A stretch of 64,000 nucleotides of DNA from positions 39,177-103,176 of the forward strand of contig JAZLDX010000025.1 in assembly GCA_045614985.1 (NCBI GenBank), given 5' to 3'. Shown one piece after another: positions 9,622 through 19,097 of this stretch. The position numbers were made by a program, and so were the translations under genes. Origin of the DNA: Alistipes sp. Lineage in GTDB: Bacteria > Bacteroidota > Bacteroidia > Bacteroidales > Rikenellaceae. How positions within the stretch are numbered: the first letter of the stretch is position 1; every line of letters starts with the position of its first letter. The notes beneath the pieces were generated by a model. That model saw nothing but the letters and a program-made list of their open reading frames with translations. It was not told where the DNA came from and did no database searches.

Positions 9622-10341
9622 ATGAAATTTCCTACGCTACTTGTCGCCTTCATACTCCTCTGCGCACCGCCCATCTCGGCCCAGCAGAGCGAAGGATGGC
9701 TCCCACTCGAAGAGTGGCCCGCCGGAGAGATCCTCTCCGTGGAGGAGATCGCACAGCAGGGAATCGAAGCCTTCTTTGTGGCCGAACCCCTCTCCGACCC
9801 CCTTTTCAAACAAATGTGGGGCCTCTCCTTCAAGACCGACTGCACCGTGCCGCGCGAGGAGCTACGCTACCTGAAGGTGCTCCATTGCAACCAAGAGGGA
9901 GAGACGCTTCGCGGGGAGTTGGTCTGCCATGCCGACCTTGCGGAGGATCTCTTGGCGATCTTTCGCCAACTCTACGAGGCCCGCTACCCCATCGAACGCA
10001 TGGTGCTCGTCGATGCTTACGGAGCCGACGACGGTCGCTCGATGGCCGACAACAATACTTCAGCCTTCAACTTCCGCCGCATGGTGGGCTCGTCGAAACT
10101 CTCCAAGCACAGTCTCGGGCGCGCCGTGGACATCAATCCGCTCTACAACCCCTATGTAAAAAAGGTGGGAGATCGACTTCGGGTGGAGCCCCCCGAAGCA
10201 ACCCCTTATGTGGATCGCTCCCGAAAATTTCCCTACAAAATCACAGCCGATGACCTCTGTTGCCGCCTCTTCAAAGCCTACGGATTCACCTGGGGTGGCG
10301 ACTGGCACTCCTTGAAAGACTACCAGCATTTCGAACGGTAA
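9622..10341 (+). CDS. M15-family Zn metallopeptidase (peptidoglycan carboxypeptidase-like)
   Basis: Signal peptide; NNTSAFNFR, SKHSLGRAVDINP, WGGDW..KDYQHFE. Confidence 0.85.
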   Translation: MKFPTLLVAFILLCAPPISAQQSEGWLPLEEWPAGEILSVEEIAQQGIEAFFVAEPLSDPLFKQMWGLSFKTDCTVPREELRYLKVLHCNQEGETLRGELVCHADLAEDLLAIFRQLYEARYPIERMVLVDAYGADDGRSMADNNTSAFNFRRMVGSSKLSKHSLGRAVDINPLYNPYVKKVGDRLRVEPPEATPYVDRSRKFPYKITADDLCCRLFKAYGFTWGGDWHSLKDYQHFER

Positions 10342-10493
10342 TCCATTAAATCGGAGTGCATATCATCATTTACACCACCTTCGCCACTTCGAACCATCTC
10401 TTCTAACTTAGAGGAGATGGTTTTTAATCATTTGGAGAGCACAAAAGAGAAAAAGAAGGAGAAAAGGAGGAGGAATAGGAGAAAATCTCCAAC

Positions 10494-10520
10494 AAAAAAA
10501 GCAACCGAAAATTCGGTTGC
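10494..10520 (-). terminator. Terminator after tRNA-Asp
   Basis: GCAACCGAA-AA-TTCGGTTGC with A7 on the + strand (T7 on -). Confidence 0.75.
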
Positions 10521-10522
10521 TT

Positions 10523-10599
10523 TGGCGGTGCGTAGGGGACTCGAACCCCTGACCCCGTGCGTGACAGGCACGTATTCTAACCAGCTGAACTAACGCACC
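10523..10599 (-). tRNA. tRNA-Asp(GTC)
   Basis: Reverse complement GGTGCGTTAGTTCAGCTGGTTAGAATACGTGCCT-GTC-ACGCACGGGGTCAGGGGTTCGAGTCCCCTACGCACCGCCA; full cloverleaf, CCA encoded. Confidence 0.97.
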
Positions 10600-10656
10600 A
10601 TTTGCTGATTGCGAGTGCAAAGATAATACAAATTTTCTACTTCGCAAAAAAAATCG

Positions 10657-11190
10657 TCATTTTTTGAAGAAAGAAAATTGCACGCTTCCGTAACTCCTTT
10701 GTTGCCAGAAGTTTGGGTGCTCAGAAAAATCTTTTCCTTTGGAGTGTTCAAAGACCAAAAAGCCCTCTTCGCGCAGCAAATCGCCCTCAAAAACCAAGTC
10801 GATAACCTGTTCTGCCCCCTCGAGATCATAGGGGGCATCCGAGAAGACAATATCGAACTGCTTGGGACAAGAACGCAAATAAAGGAAGGCGTTGGCCTTC
10901 ACGGCAAAGAGGTTTCGGATCCCGAGCGAGGTAGCCGTCTGGCGAATAAAGTTGTGGTGTACGCTATTGATCTCCACCGAGGTCACGCTCTTCACCCCAC
11001 GCGAAGCAAACTCGTAGCTGATAGAGCCCGTTCCAGAGAAGAGATCGAGGACATCGCACTCCTCAAACTCCACTAAGTTGCCGAGGACATTAAAGAGGTT
11101 CTCTTTGGCAAAATCGGTGGTAGGACGTGCCCGAAGGTTGCGAGGCGGGGTAATGGCACGACCCTTATATTGTCCGCTGATAATACGCAT
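10657..11190 (-). CDS. rsmD: RsmD-family rRNA methyltransferase
   Basis: MRIISG..KGR, RPTTDFAKENLFN, LDLFSGTGSIS.EF.SRG, FSDAPY. Confidence 0.9.
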   Translation of the reverse strand: MRIISGQYKGRAITPPRNLRARPTTDFAKENLFNVLGNLVEFEECDVLDLFSGTGSISYEFASRGVKSVTSVEINSVHHNFIRQTATSLGIRNLFAVKANAFLYLRSCPKQFDIVFSDAPYDLEGAEQVIDLVFEGDLLREEGFLVFEHSKGKDFSEHPNFWQQRSYGSVQFSFFKK

Positions 11191-11196
11191 AACAGC

Positions 11197-11790
11197 CTAT
11201 TTAAAATATTTTTTCACTAATTTACGGAGGCTCTTGGGCTCCTCTCCGGCAACCTCGAGCGAGTAATTGCGTAATGGAAGCACCTCCCCGAGGCGGGTAA
11301 GGTAATAGAGCAGATCCTCCTCGGACTCGACACGAATCACCTCGGCAAGGCGGAGGCGTCTATCCCACACCTTTATATATAGGAGGTTCTCATAGCGGGC
11401 CAAAAGCACAGACTCTTTGGTCTCTCCCTTCAAGCTAAGGAGCGGCGAGGTGAAGCGCACCGACTTGGGCAACTGCTCGAGGGTTGCGCGATCAATCGCC
11501 ATAACAGCCACTACCCCTTCGCAAGCTTCGCTCCAGACCGCCGTTTCGGTATCGTGGCAGGGTTGTCCGGCAAGCGATAGAAGACTTTCCGCCTGCTCTG
11601 GAGTAAAACAGGTCGCTGGAACGAGGGTGGTGCGAGGGCTCAGAAGTTCGATCTCGACACCCCCCTCCCCCACCTGCTCGCGCAAGGTTTTGAACTGCTC
11701 CCCGGGAAAAGAATGTCCATCCGACCAAAGGCGGATGGACATCTTTTGGGATACAAATTCGGGATTAGTCCTCCCAGTTACCTGCCTCAT
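11197..11790 (-). CDS. DUF3822-like protein
   Basis: MSIRLWSDGHSF N-terminus; position between a conserved hypothetical gene and rsmD is typical of Bacteroidota. Confidence 0.6.
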   Translation of the reverse strand: MRQVTGRTNPEFVSQKMSIRLWSDGHSFPGEQFKTLREQVGEGGVEIELLSPRTTLVPATCFTPEQAESLLSLAGQPCHDTETAVWSEACEGVVAVMAIDRATLEQLPKSVRFTSPLLSLKGETKESVLLARYENLLYIKVWDRRLRLAEVIRVESEEDLLYYLTRLGEVLPLRNYSLEVAGEEPKSLRKLVKKYFK

Positions 11791-12406
11791 TGTTAGCAGC
11801 GTTGATATCACCGAACTTCACACCGGCATAGCGGTTGAAGTTGTTCTCCTCATTGTCGATCAGGTTGATCACCTCCTGGCGGTAGGTAACCGTATCGAGG
11901 AAGAGTTTGTAGGGTACGCGGCACTCTACAACGGGAACCACAACGCCCGAACCCGTGGTGAGCTGGGCAGCCTCGAGGATAAACTCGCGCTGGTGGTGGG
12001 TAAAGGGCACATAGCGCAACTCCTTCACCTGATCGGGGGTGAGTTTCTTGGCACCGAACACGGTATCGATGGCGGGCATCGTGAACTTCTCGATGTTCTT
12101 CTTACCGGCCTTCTTCAGCAGGGCCAAACCTACCGAGTCATCCTCGTCGACGATCTTACGCTCGAACTCCAACTCCTCGTTCAACACGAAGTTGATCAGC
12201 GAGTCGAAATCGCCGGTAAAGTGCTGATACTTGGTTTTGAAAGCACGCTCAGCAGCACGAATGTCCTTGATGCGCTCGATTACCAAAGCCTTACGCTGTG
12301 CGGTCTCCTTCTCGAAACGAATCGGAGTCGAGATCTGGTCGTAAATCTTGTAGCAGAGAAGCAAAATTACGATGGCCAATACCACCTGAACAAGTTTTTT
12401 AATCAT
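11765..12406 (-). CDS. Conserved Bacteroidota hypothetical protein with an N-terminal TM anchor
   Basis: 213 aa, host-like codon use, hydrophobic N-terminus then a long helix, ends in GNWED. Confidence 0.75.
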   Translation of the reverse strand: MIKKLVQVVLAIVILLLCYKIYDQISTPIRFEKETAQRKALVIERIKDIRAAERAFKTKYQHFTGDFDSLINFVLNEELEFERKIVDEDDSVGLALLKKAGKKNIEKFTMPAIDTVFGAKKLTPDQVKELRYVPFTHHQREFILEAAQLTTGSGVVVPVVECRVPYKLFLDTVTYRQEVINLIDNEENNFNRYAGVKFGDINAANNEAGNWED

Positions 12407-12533
12407 TTTGTTATTTTTTTAAGTTTGTATTCCTATCTTTGTGGTAACGAAGGCTGATAACGAACAACGAATGCCCGAGTGTGGCAAACGCCGGCAAGCA
12501 AGCCCCAAGTTACACCATTTTAACCCGTTTATT

Positions 12534-13949
12534 ATGCTTAACACGGATATTGCGACCCAAATTTACGCTAAAATTTGTTTTAAACCAACTTTTTGCCAAA
12601 AAAAAATCGTTGAACAACTCGCAAATTTCCTTTCAGACGAAGATTTCTCGCGAATCTTTGTCCTCAACGGCTATGCAGGAACGGGAAAAACCACGCTAAT
12701 CTCAGCCCTCGTAGAAGCACTCAATGAACTGAAAATCAAAACAATACTCCTCGCTCCAACGGGACGTGCTGCCAAGGTACTCGCTCGCTACTCTCACCAA
12801 AAGGCCCTCACGATCCATAAACGCATCTACCGCGAGCGCACCAACGCCCAATACGAGTCAAAATTCTCGCTCGACCTAAACAAAGAGCAGGATGCGGTCT
12901 TCATCATCGACGAGGCCTCGATGCTGGCCAACGCTTCGGGTGAAGGACAACTCTTCGGCTCGGGGGCTCTGCTCGACGACCTGATAACCTATGTACGCAG
13001 CGGCAAACGCTGCCGCCTAATCTTAGTAGGCGACAGTGCCCAGCTTCCCCCCGTGGGTTCGGATCGCAGCCCGGCCCTCGATCCCGACTACATGGCGCGT
13101 TACGGCGAGGTGGAGTACGGCTCCATGGACGAGGTGGTACGCCAGGAGGCCGACTCGGGAATTCTCTTCAATGCCACTTTAGTGCGCTGCATGTTGGAGC
13201 AGGGGATCTACGAAATTCCGCGCTTTCGCATGGATTTTCCCGATATTCAAAATCTTACGGGTGGAGAGTTTTTGGAGACCCTGCAAGATTGTTACGACCG
13301 CTACGGACGCGACGAGGTGATCGTCATCACCCGCTCGAACAAGCGGGCCAACCGCTACAACGAGGGAATTCGCCGCCACATCCTCTCGGCCGAGGAGGAG
13401 ATCGAGAGCGGCGACATGCTGATGGTCGTGAAGAACAACTACCACTTCACCGAACGCATAGAGGATTGCCCCATTTCGTTCATGGCCAACGGCGATATCG
13501 CGCGGCTGAAACGCCTGCGCCGTTTCGAGGAGTTCTACGGTTTCCGCTTTGCCAATGCCGTCCTCTCGTTTCCCGATTACGACGACCTGGAGATCGAGTG
13601 TAAGATTCTCCTCGACACCATCTCATCGGAGGCTCCGTCGCTCACCTCGGAGCAGAGCAAACAACTCTTTTCGGAGGTGGAAAAAGACTACCTCGACATC
13701 AAGAGCAAAATCAAGAGGTTCAAAGAGATCCGAGAAAATCCGCACTTCAACGCCGTGCAGATCAAATTTGCCTATGCCGTCACCTGCCACAAGGCCCAAG
13801 GCGGCCAGTGGCGTGCCGTCTTCATCGACCGTTTCCTCTTCGGCGACGAACCCATGTCGCGCGACTGGATGCGCTGGCTCTACACGGCCCTGACACGCGC
13901 CACCGATCGCCTCTACCTGGTCAATTTCGACGATAACTTCTTTGAGTAG
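12534..13949 (+). CDS. RecD-like SF1 ATP-dependent DNA helicase
   Basis: GYAGTGKTT, LLAPTGRAAK, IIDEASM, VGDSAQLPPV, YAVTCHKAQG, LYTALTRA. Confidence 0.9.
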   Translation: MLNTDIATQIYAKICFKPTFCQKKIVEQLANFLSDEDFSRIFVLNGYAGTGKTTLISALVEALNELKIKTILLAPTGRAAKVLARYSHQKALTIHKRIYRERTNAQYESKFSLDLNKEQDAVFIIDEASMLANASGEGQLFGSGALLDDLITYVRSGKRCRLILVGDSAQLPPVGSDRSPALDPDYMARYGEVEYGSMDEVVRQEADSGILFNATLVRCMLEQGIYEIPRFRMDFPDIQNLTGGEFLETLQDCYDRYGRDEVIVITRSNKRANRYNEGIRRHILSAEEEIESGDMLMVVKNNYHFTERIEDCPISFMANGDIARLKRLRRFEEFYGFRFANAVLSFPDYDDLEIECKILLDTISSEAPSLTSEQSKQLFSEVEKDYLDIKSKIKRFKEIRENPHFNAVQIKFAYAVTCHKAQGGQWRAVFIDRFLFGDEPMSRDWMRWLYTALTRATDRLYLVNFDDNFFE

Positions 13950-14021
13950 TTCGAAATTTGTGTCAAAAATTGTCGTTTTGGGGCTCTATCTTTGTCTCGA
14001 AACCATAAGCATAGAGAGAAG

Positions 14022-14192
14022 ATGATTTTTCTATTGATCCTGATTCCGATTTTGGCGGGCGCGGCTGTCTGGTTCCTGGCCGACAAAAAGAGCCCCGCGC
14101 ACGCCATCGACTGCGCCAAGCAGGATTGCATCGACTGCCCCATCGGCCCCAACTGCGAACACTACCGTCGTCTGATGGGGATCGAAAAATAG
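14022..14192 (+). CDS. Small Cys-rich membrane protein (56 aa)
   Basis: Own TATCTTTG promoter (13987-13994); TM helix followed by C-x4-C-x2-C-x5-C-x-H. Confidence 0.6.
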   Translation: MIFLLILIPILAGAAVWFLADKKSPAHAIDCAKQDCIDCPIGPNCEHYRRLMGIEK

Positions 14193-14206
14193 GATGAAGG
14201 GGGGAG

Positions 14207-14307
14207 GCACAATGCACAATACACGATTCAAAATTCAAAATTCACAACGAAACTGAATGTTTCGGCTCGACAAAGAAAAATTTTGAATTTTGAATTCTGA
14301 ATTTTGA
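14207..14307. repeat. Inverted pair of tandem heptamer arrays
   Basis: Left arm GCACAAT GCACAAT ACACGAT TCAAAAT TCAAAAT TCACAAC; right arm ATTTTGA ATTTTGA ATTCTGA ATTTTGA. Confidence 0.8.
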
Positions 14308-14348
14308 ATTATTTTGTACCTTTGTCCTTTACGAAAAAAACCGAAATC

Positions 14349-17036
14349 ATGGCCGAAGAGAAGCAGACCACCAAAGAGAAGAGATATGTAGAGACCCCCT
14401 TGATGAAGCAGTACTACCAGATCAAGGCGGTACACCCCGATGCGATCCTGCTGTTCCGAGTCGGTGACTTCTACGAGACCTTTGGCGAGGATGCCATCAA
14501 GGCGAGCGGCATCTTGGGCATCACGCTCACACGCCGCGCCAACGGGGCTGCCTCGTTTGTCGAATTGGCCGGATTTCCCTTCCATGCAGTGGACACCTAC
14601 CTTCCCAAACTCGTTCGCGCAGGCGAGCGCGTGGCCATCTGCGAGCAGTTGGAAGATCCTAAGACTGTCAAGGGGCTTGTCAAGCGCGGAGTGATCGAGT
14701 TGGTTACCCCGGGAGTTGCCATGGGCGACAACATCCTCCCCTCGAAAGAGAACTCCTTCCTGGCCTCGATCTACTTCGGGAAACAACAGACCGGAGTCGC
14801 CTTCCTGGATATCTCGACCGGTGAATTTTATGTAGCCGAGGGCTCCGACACCTACATTGATAAGCTCCTCTCGAACTTCCAACCCAAAGAGATTCTCTAC
14901 CAGCGAGGCTGCGAAGATCGCTTTTCATCCCTCTTCGGCTCACGCCACTACACCTATCGTCTCGATGAGTGGGTCTTCTCGGAGGAGGTGAACCGAGAAA
15001 AACTCTGCAAACAGTTCTCGACCTCTTCGCTCAAGGGCTTCGGCGTGGATCACTTTACGAGCGGCATCTCGGCTGCCGGCGCCATCCTCTACTATTTGGA
15101 GTTTACAGAGCACCGCGACACGGCACATATCGACTCCATTGCACGCATCGACCAGGAGGAGTATGTTTGGATCGACAAGTTCACAATCCGCAACTTGGAG
15201 CTCTTCTCCTCGAACGGTTCTCGCGAAAAGTGCGGCTTTGCCGATGTGATCGACCGTACGTTGACCCCGATGGGAGGACGACGACTGAAGCGATGGGTGG
15301 CCATGCCCGTCCGCTCAATCGAGGAGATCAACCGCCGCCTCGATGTGGTGGAGCACCTGACCCGGGATGGGGAGTTTGCCGAGGCTTTGCGCGAACAGAT
15401 TGCGCAGGTGGGCGACCTGGAACGACTTGTATCGCGCATCGCTACGGGCCGAATCCTGCCCCGCGAGATGATTCAACTCAAGACGGCACTGGCCGCCGTG
15501 GCCCACTTCAAAGCTCTCATGGATTCGACCGATGCCGAACAACTCAATCTTTTGGGCGGAGAGCTCGACCCCCTGCAGGGGGTGCGCGAACGCCTCGAAC
15601 GCGAGCTCTACCCCGACCCCTCGAACCAACTCCAAAAGGGGGGATTTATCGCTCCGGGAGTGGATGCCGAGCTCGATGACCTCCGGCGCATCGCCCGACA
15701 CGGCAAGCAGGTTTTGGATCAGATCCTCGAGCGCGAGTCGGAGCGCACAGGCATCCCCTCACTGAAAATCAGCTACAACAATGTCTTTGGCTACTATATC
15801 GAGGTGCGCAACACCCACAAAGAGAAGGTTCCCGAGGATTGGATCCGCAAGCAGACCCTCACCTCGGCCGAGCGATACATCACCGAGGAGCTCAAGGAGT
15901 ACGAGCAAAAGATCCTGGGAGCCGAGGAGCGTATGCTCCAAATTGAGTTGCGTCTCTACCAACAACTCATCGCAGACCTTACCCGCACCATTCCCATCCT
16001 GCAACGCGATGCCACCATTATTGCCCGCGTAGACTGTCTGCAATCCTTTGCCCGCTTGGCCGTGGAACGTCGCTATACGCGTCCCGAGCTCAACGACGGG
16101 AAACGCATCGAGATCAAGGAGGGTCGCCACCCCGTGATCGAAATGCTGTTGCCCGTGGGTGAGGAATACATCCCCAACGACGTAACCTTGGACGACAAGG
16201 AGCAGCAGATCATCATGATCACGGGCCCCAACATGTCGGGTAAGTCGGCCCTACTGCGCCAAACAGCCCTCATCGTGCTGATGGCCCAGATGGGCATGTT
16301 CGTCCCCGCCAAGTCGGCCCGAATCGGTCTGGTGGACAAGATCTTCACTCGCGTGGGTGCTTCGGACAACATCTCACAAGGAGAATCGACTTTCATGGTC
16401 GAGATGTTGGAGTCAGCCTCGATTCTGAATAATATCTCGGACCGCAGTTTGGTGCTCTTGGATGAAATCGGCCGAGGCACGAGTACCTACGACGGTATCT
16501 CGATCGCCTGGGCCATGGTCGAGTACCTTCACAACCATCCCTCGGCCCACGCCAAGACCCTCTTCGCTACCCACTACTTCGAGCTCAACGAGATGGAGCA
16601 GATGTATCCGCGCGTAAAGAATTTCCATGTCAGTGTCAAAGAGTTGGATGGATCGGTAGTCTTTCTGCGCAAGCTATTGCGTGGCAGTTCAGAACACTCG
16701 TTCGGTATCCATGTAGCCCGCCTTGCGGGCATGCCCTCGTCGGTGGTGAACCGCGCGGACGAGATCCTGAAAAATCTGGTGCAGGTTTATGGCCAAAACG
16801 AGATTGTTCCTTCGAAGAGTCTCAAGGAGCGCGGTCGCAAACGGGCCTCGATCTCGGTGAAGGAGAGCGTCGAGGAGCTCGCGCGCACCCAAGAGATGCA
16901 ACTCTCGATGTTCCGCCTCGATGACCCGGTATTGGTGCAGATCCGCGACCAAATCAAGGGGATCGATATCAACTCGCTCACCCCTCTCGAAGCCCTCAAC
17001 AAACTCAACGAGATCAAAAAGATCACGGGATTGTAG
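14349..17036 (+). CDS. mutS: DNA mismatch repair protein MutS
   Basis: [49 protein letters not shown]. Confidence 0.97.
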   Translation: MAEEKQTTKEKRYVETPLMKQYYQIKAVHPDAILLFRVGDFYETFGEDAIKASGILGITLTRRANGAASFVELAGFPFHAVDTYLPKLVRAGERVAICEQLEDPKTVKGLVKRGVIELVTPGVAMGDNILPSKENSFLASIYFGKQQTGVAFLDISTGEFYVAEGSDTYIDKLLSNFQPKEILYQRGCEDRFSSLFGSRHYTYRLDEWVFSEEVNREKLCKQFSTSSLKGFGVDHFTSGISAAGAILYYLEFTEHRDTAHIDSIARIDQEEYVWIDKFTIRNLELFSSNGSREKCGFADVIDRTLTPMGGRRLKRWVAMPVRSIEEINRRLDVVEHLTRDGEFAEALREQIAQVGDLERLVSRIATGRILPREMIQLKTALAAVAHFKALMDSTDAEQLNLLGGELDPLQGVRERLERELYPDPSNQLQKGGFIAPGVDAELDDLRRIARHGKQVLDQILERESERTGIPSLKISYNNVFGYYIEVRNTHKEKVPEDWIRKQTLTSAERYITEELKEYEQKILGAEERMLQIELRLYQQLIADLTRTIPILQRDATIIARVDCLQSFARLAVERRYTRPELNDGKRIEIKEGRHPVIEMLLPVGEEYIPNDVTLDDKEQQIIMITGPNMSGKSALLRQTALIVLMAQMGMFVPAKSARIGLVDKIFTRVGASDNISQGESTFMVEMLESASILNNISDRSLVLLDEIGRGTSTYDGISIAWAMVEYLHNHPSAHAKTLFATHYFELNEMEQMYPRVKNFHVSVKELDGSVVFLRKLLRGSSEHSFGIHVARLAGMPSSVVNRADEILKNLVQVYGQNEIVPSKSLKERGRKRASISVKESVEELARTQEMQLSMFRLDDPVLVQIRDQIKGIDINSLTPLEALNKLNEIKKITGL

Positions 17037-17063
17037 AATTTTACCTGCTAACACCTAATCTAT

Positions 17064-18260
17064 ATGAAGCGACTCCTTCTCCTTTTTCTGCTGATTAGCG
17101 TTTCTGTTTCGGCACAGCAAACCCAATTAAAGCTTCCCAAAGGCTACAGCCTCTCTACGCAACCCAAAGCCTCACAAGAGGGATTTCATCTGGTCGTAAA
17201 AGGCGAAGGGGAGCATGCCCGCTACGGCTATGCCAACCGCGAAGGGGAGATCATAATCAAAGCCCAATACCGCTATGCCCACCCCTTCCTAAACGGCTAT
17301 GCCATCGTGGCCGAGGGCCCCATGGGTGGTGACCTGAAAGGGTTGATCGACACCACGGGGCGGATGGTAACCCCGATTTGCTGGAGTCATGTGGGAGCGG
17401 TCGTCGAGGGGCACTTTGTCGTCTGCGAAGAGGAGGATTCGGGCAAGAGAAGCTACTACTACCTAAACACCCAGGGCGAAAAACTCTTTGACCGCGCCTT
17501 TGACTATGCCGACGACTTCAGCGAAGAGGTTGCCGTGATCGGTGTCGGCACTTGGGAGCGCCCCACGGTTCCCGACAACGTGAAACTTCCCGAAGGGTAT
17601 ACCCTCAGGATGCGCGATATAGCGGCAAAATTCAAGGGCCTGTATGGTCTGATTGATACTCTGGGCCGCGAGATCATAGCCCCCAAATACCTCAAAATCG
17701 ACAAGATGCATAATGGTCTTGCCATTGCAGCGATCGAGGGGAAATATTATCCCAAATATGGTTATCTGAATCGCAACGGCGAACCGGTCATCCCCTTTGA
17801 TTACTACCAGGCCGAAAGGTTCAACGACGGACTGGCCGTGGTGTGTAAAGTCGTTCAAGGGGAGCCAAAATATGGTTATATCGACCTCACGGGGCGCGAA
17901 GTGATCCCCATTCGCTGGGACTACGCCTCTGCTCACGAATTCGGCCGCCTGTGGGTGGGTGAAAACGAGGGAGAGGCCATGCGCTACATGTTGCTCGACA
18001 GCCAGGGACGCGAACTCCTCTCGCAATGGGTCTATTCCCTAAACCCGAGCGGCCGCTACGGTCACGCTTCGTGTGCCATTGCCGACGCCACGGGACAACT
18101 TCGTTTCGGGGTGATCTCTTCGCGTGGCAAGGTGATCATCCCCTTCGAATACGACCAAATCAGCCTCTACTCGGAGTGGGACAATGCCTCGCAACGTTAC
18201 ATCGAGAGGGGCATTGCCTACCGGGATGGGATGTCGCTTCCCTTCACGCTGAATCGATAG
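17064..18260 (+). CDS. Secreted WG-repeat protein
   Basis: Signal peptide; repeated YGY(I/L)D..G..VIP..Y..A..F.DGLA units. Confidence 0.85.
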   Translation: MKRLLLLFLLISVSVSAQQTQLKLPKGYSLSTQPKASQEGFHLVVKGEGEHARYGYANREGEIIIKAQYRYAHPFLNGYAIVAEGPMGGDLKGLIDTTGRMVTPICWSHVGAVVEGHFVVCEEEDSGKRSYYYLNTQGEKLFDRAFDYADDFSEEVAVIGVGTWERPTVPDNVKLPEGYTLRMRDIAAKFKGLYGLIDTLGREIIAPKYLKIDKMHNGLAIAAIEGKYYPKYGYLNRNGEPVIPFDYYQAERFNDGLAVVCKVVQGEPKYGYIDLTGREVIPIRWDYASAHEFGRLWVGENEGEAMRYMLLDSQGRELLSQWVYSLNPSGRYGHASCAIADATGQLRFGVISSRGKVIIPFEYDQISLYSEWDNASQRYIERGIAYRDGMSLPFTLNR

Positions 18261-18275
18261 GTGCTTCCCTTGAAT

Positions 18276-18317
18276 AAAAAAATAAGTAAAGGCGGAACTT
18301 TCGAGTTCCGCCTTTAC
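18276..18317. terminator. Terminator between convergent WG-repeat gene and rplT
   Basis: GTAAAGGCGGAACT-TTCG-AGTTCCGCCTTTAC with an upstream A tract. Confidence 0.8.
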
Positions 18318-18339
18318 CATAAACAGCTATCGAGCTGTA

Positions 18340-18684
18340 CTATTTAACTGCGTTAACGATTGCTTCGAATGCCTTCGGCTCGTTCATGGCGAGGTCGGCC
18401 AGCACCTTACGGTTGAGCTGGATACCCTTCACGTTGAGCTTACCGATAAACTGCGAATAGGTCATACCGTAAGCGCGAACACCGGCGTTGATACGGGTGA
18501 TCCACAACGAACGATACGTTCTCTTCTTGAGCTGGCGGTGTGCATAAGCATACTGCAGACCCTTCTCGACCGTGTTTTTGGCAACGGTCCATACGTTTCC
18601 CCTTGAACCAAAGTTACCCTTGGCAAGTTTCAAAACCTTCTTTCTTCTTGCGCGTGACGCAACTGCGTTTACTGAACGTGGCAT
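18340..18684 (-). CDS. rplT: 50S ribosomal protein L20
   Basis: [25 protein letters not shown]...; LWITRINA; [10 protein letters not shown]. Confidence 0.98.
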   Translation of the reverse strand: MPRSVNAVASRARRKKVLKLAKGNFGSRGNVWTVAKNTVEKGLQYAYAHRQLKKRTYRSLWITRINAGVRAYGMTYSQFIGKLNVKGIQLNRKVLADLAMNEPKAFEAIVNAVK

Positions 18685-18784
18685 AGTGTTAAAGTTTTTG
18701 ACGAGCTGTCAGCGACAGGCTTCTCTCCTGTTCTTTGGGGCTGTTTCGCTCTTTGGTTAATAAAATCCCTACGCGGCCAAATAA

Positions 18785-18979
18785 TTATTTAACCAGCAGG
18801 CTCTTGATTTTTGCCTCATCGGCAGGCGCAACGGTGCTCGAGTAGCAGAGGTTACGCTTCTGTTTCGTCGACTTTTTGGTCAGGATGTGACTGTGATAAG
18901 CGTGCTTGCGCTTGATCTTACCTGTGCCGGTGAAAGTGAATCTCTTCTTTGCAGCGGCATTCGTTTTCATTTTAGGCAT
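18785..18979 (-). CDS. rpmI: 50S ribosomal protein L35
   Basis: [23 protein letters not shown]...HILTKK. Confidence 0.98.
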   Translation of the reverse strand: MPKMKTNAAAKKRFTFTGTGKIKRKHAYHSHILTKKSTKQKRNLCYSSTVAPADEAKIKSLLVK

Positions 18980-19013
18980 TGTCGTAAAAGTTAATTTAGT
19001 TAAACATAGCGCG

Positions 19014-19021
19014 CAAAGATA
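19014..19021 (-). promoter_or_regulatory. Promoter -7 element directly upstream of rpmI
   Basis: TATCTTTG on the minus strand, ~35 nt before the rpmI start. Confidence 0.65.
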
Positions 19022-19097
19022 AGCATTTTTTTTCAGATGTTGCTCTTTGTGTACTATTTTTTATTGTTTTTACTCTTTTTATCGCATCCTCGCCCCC

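Noticed and set aside
10440-10493. Purine-rich tract (GAGAAAAAGAAGGAGAAAAGGAGGAGGAATAGGAG)
   Set aside because: Low-complexity spacer between convergent transcription units, with no second copy or clear structure.
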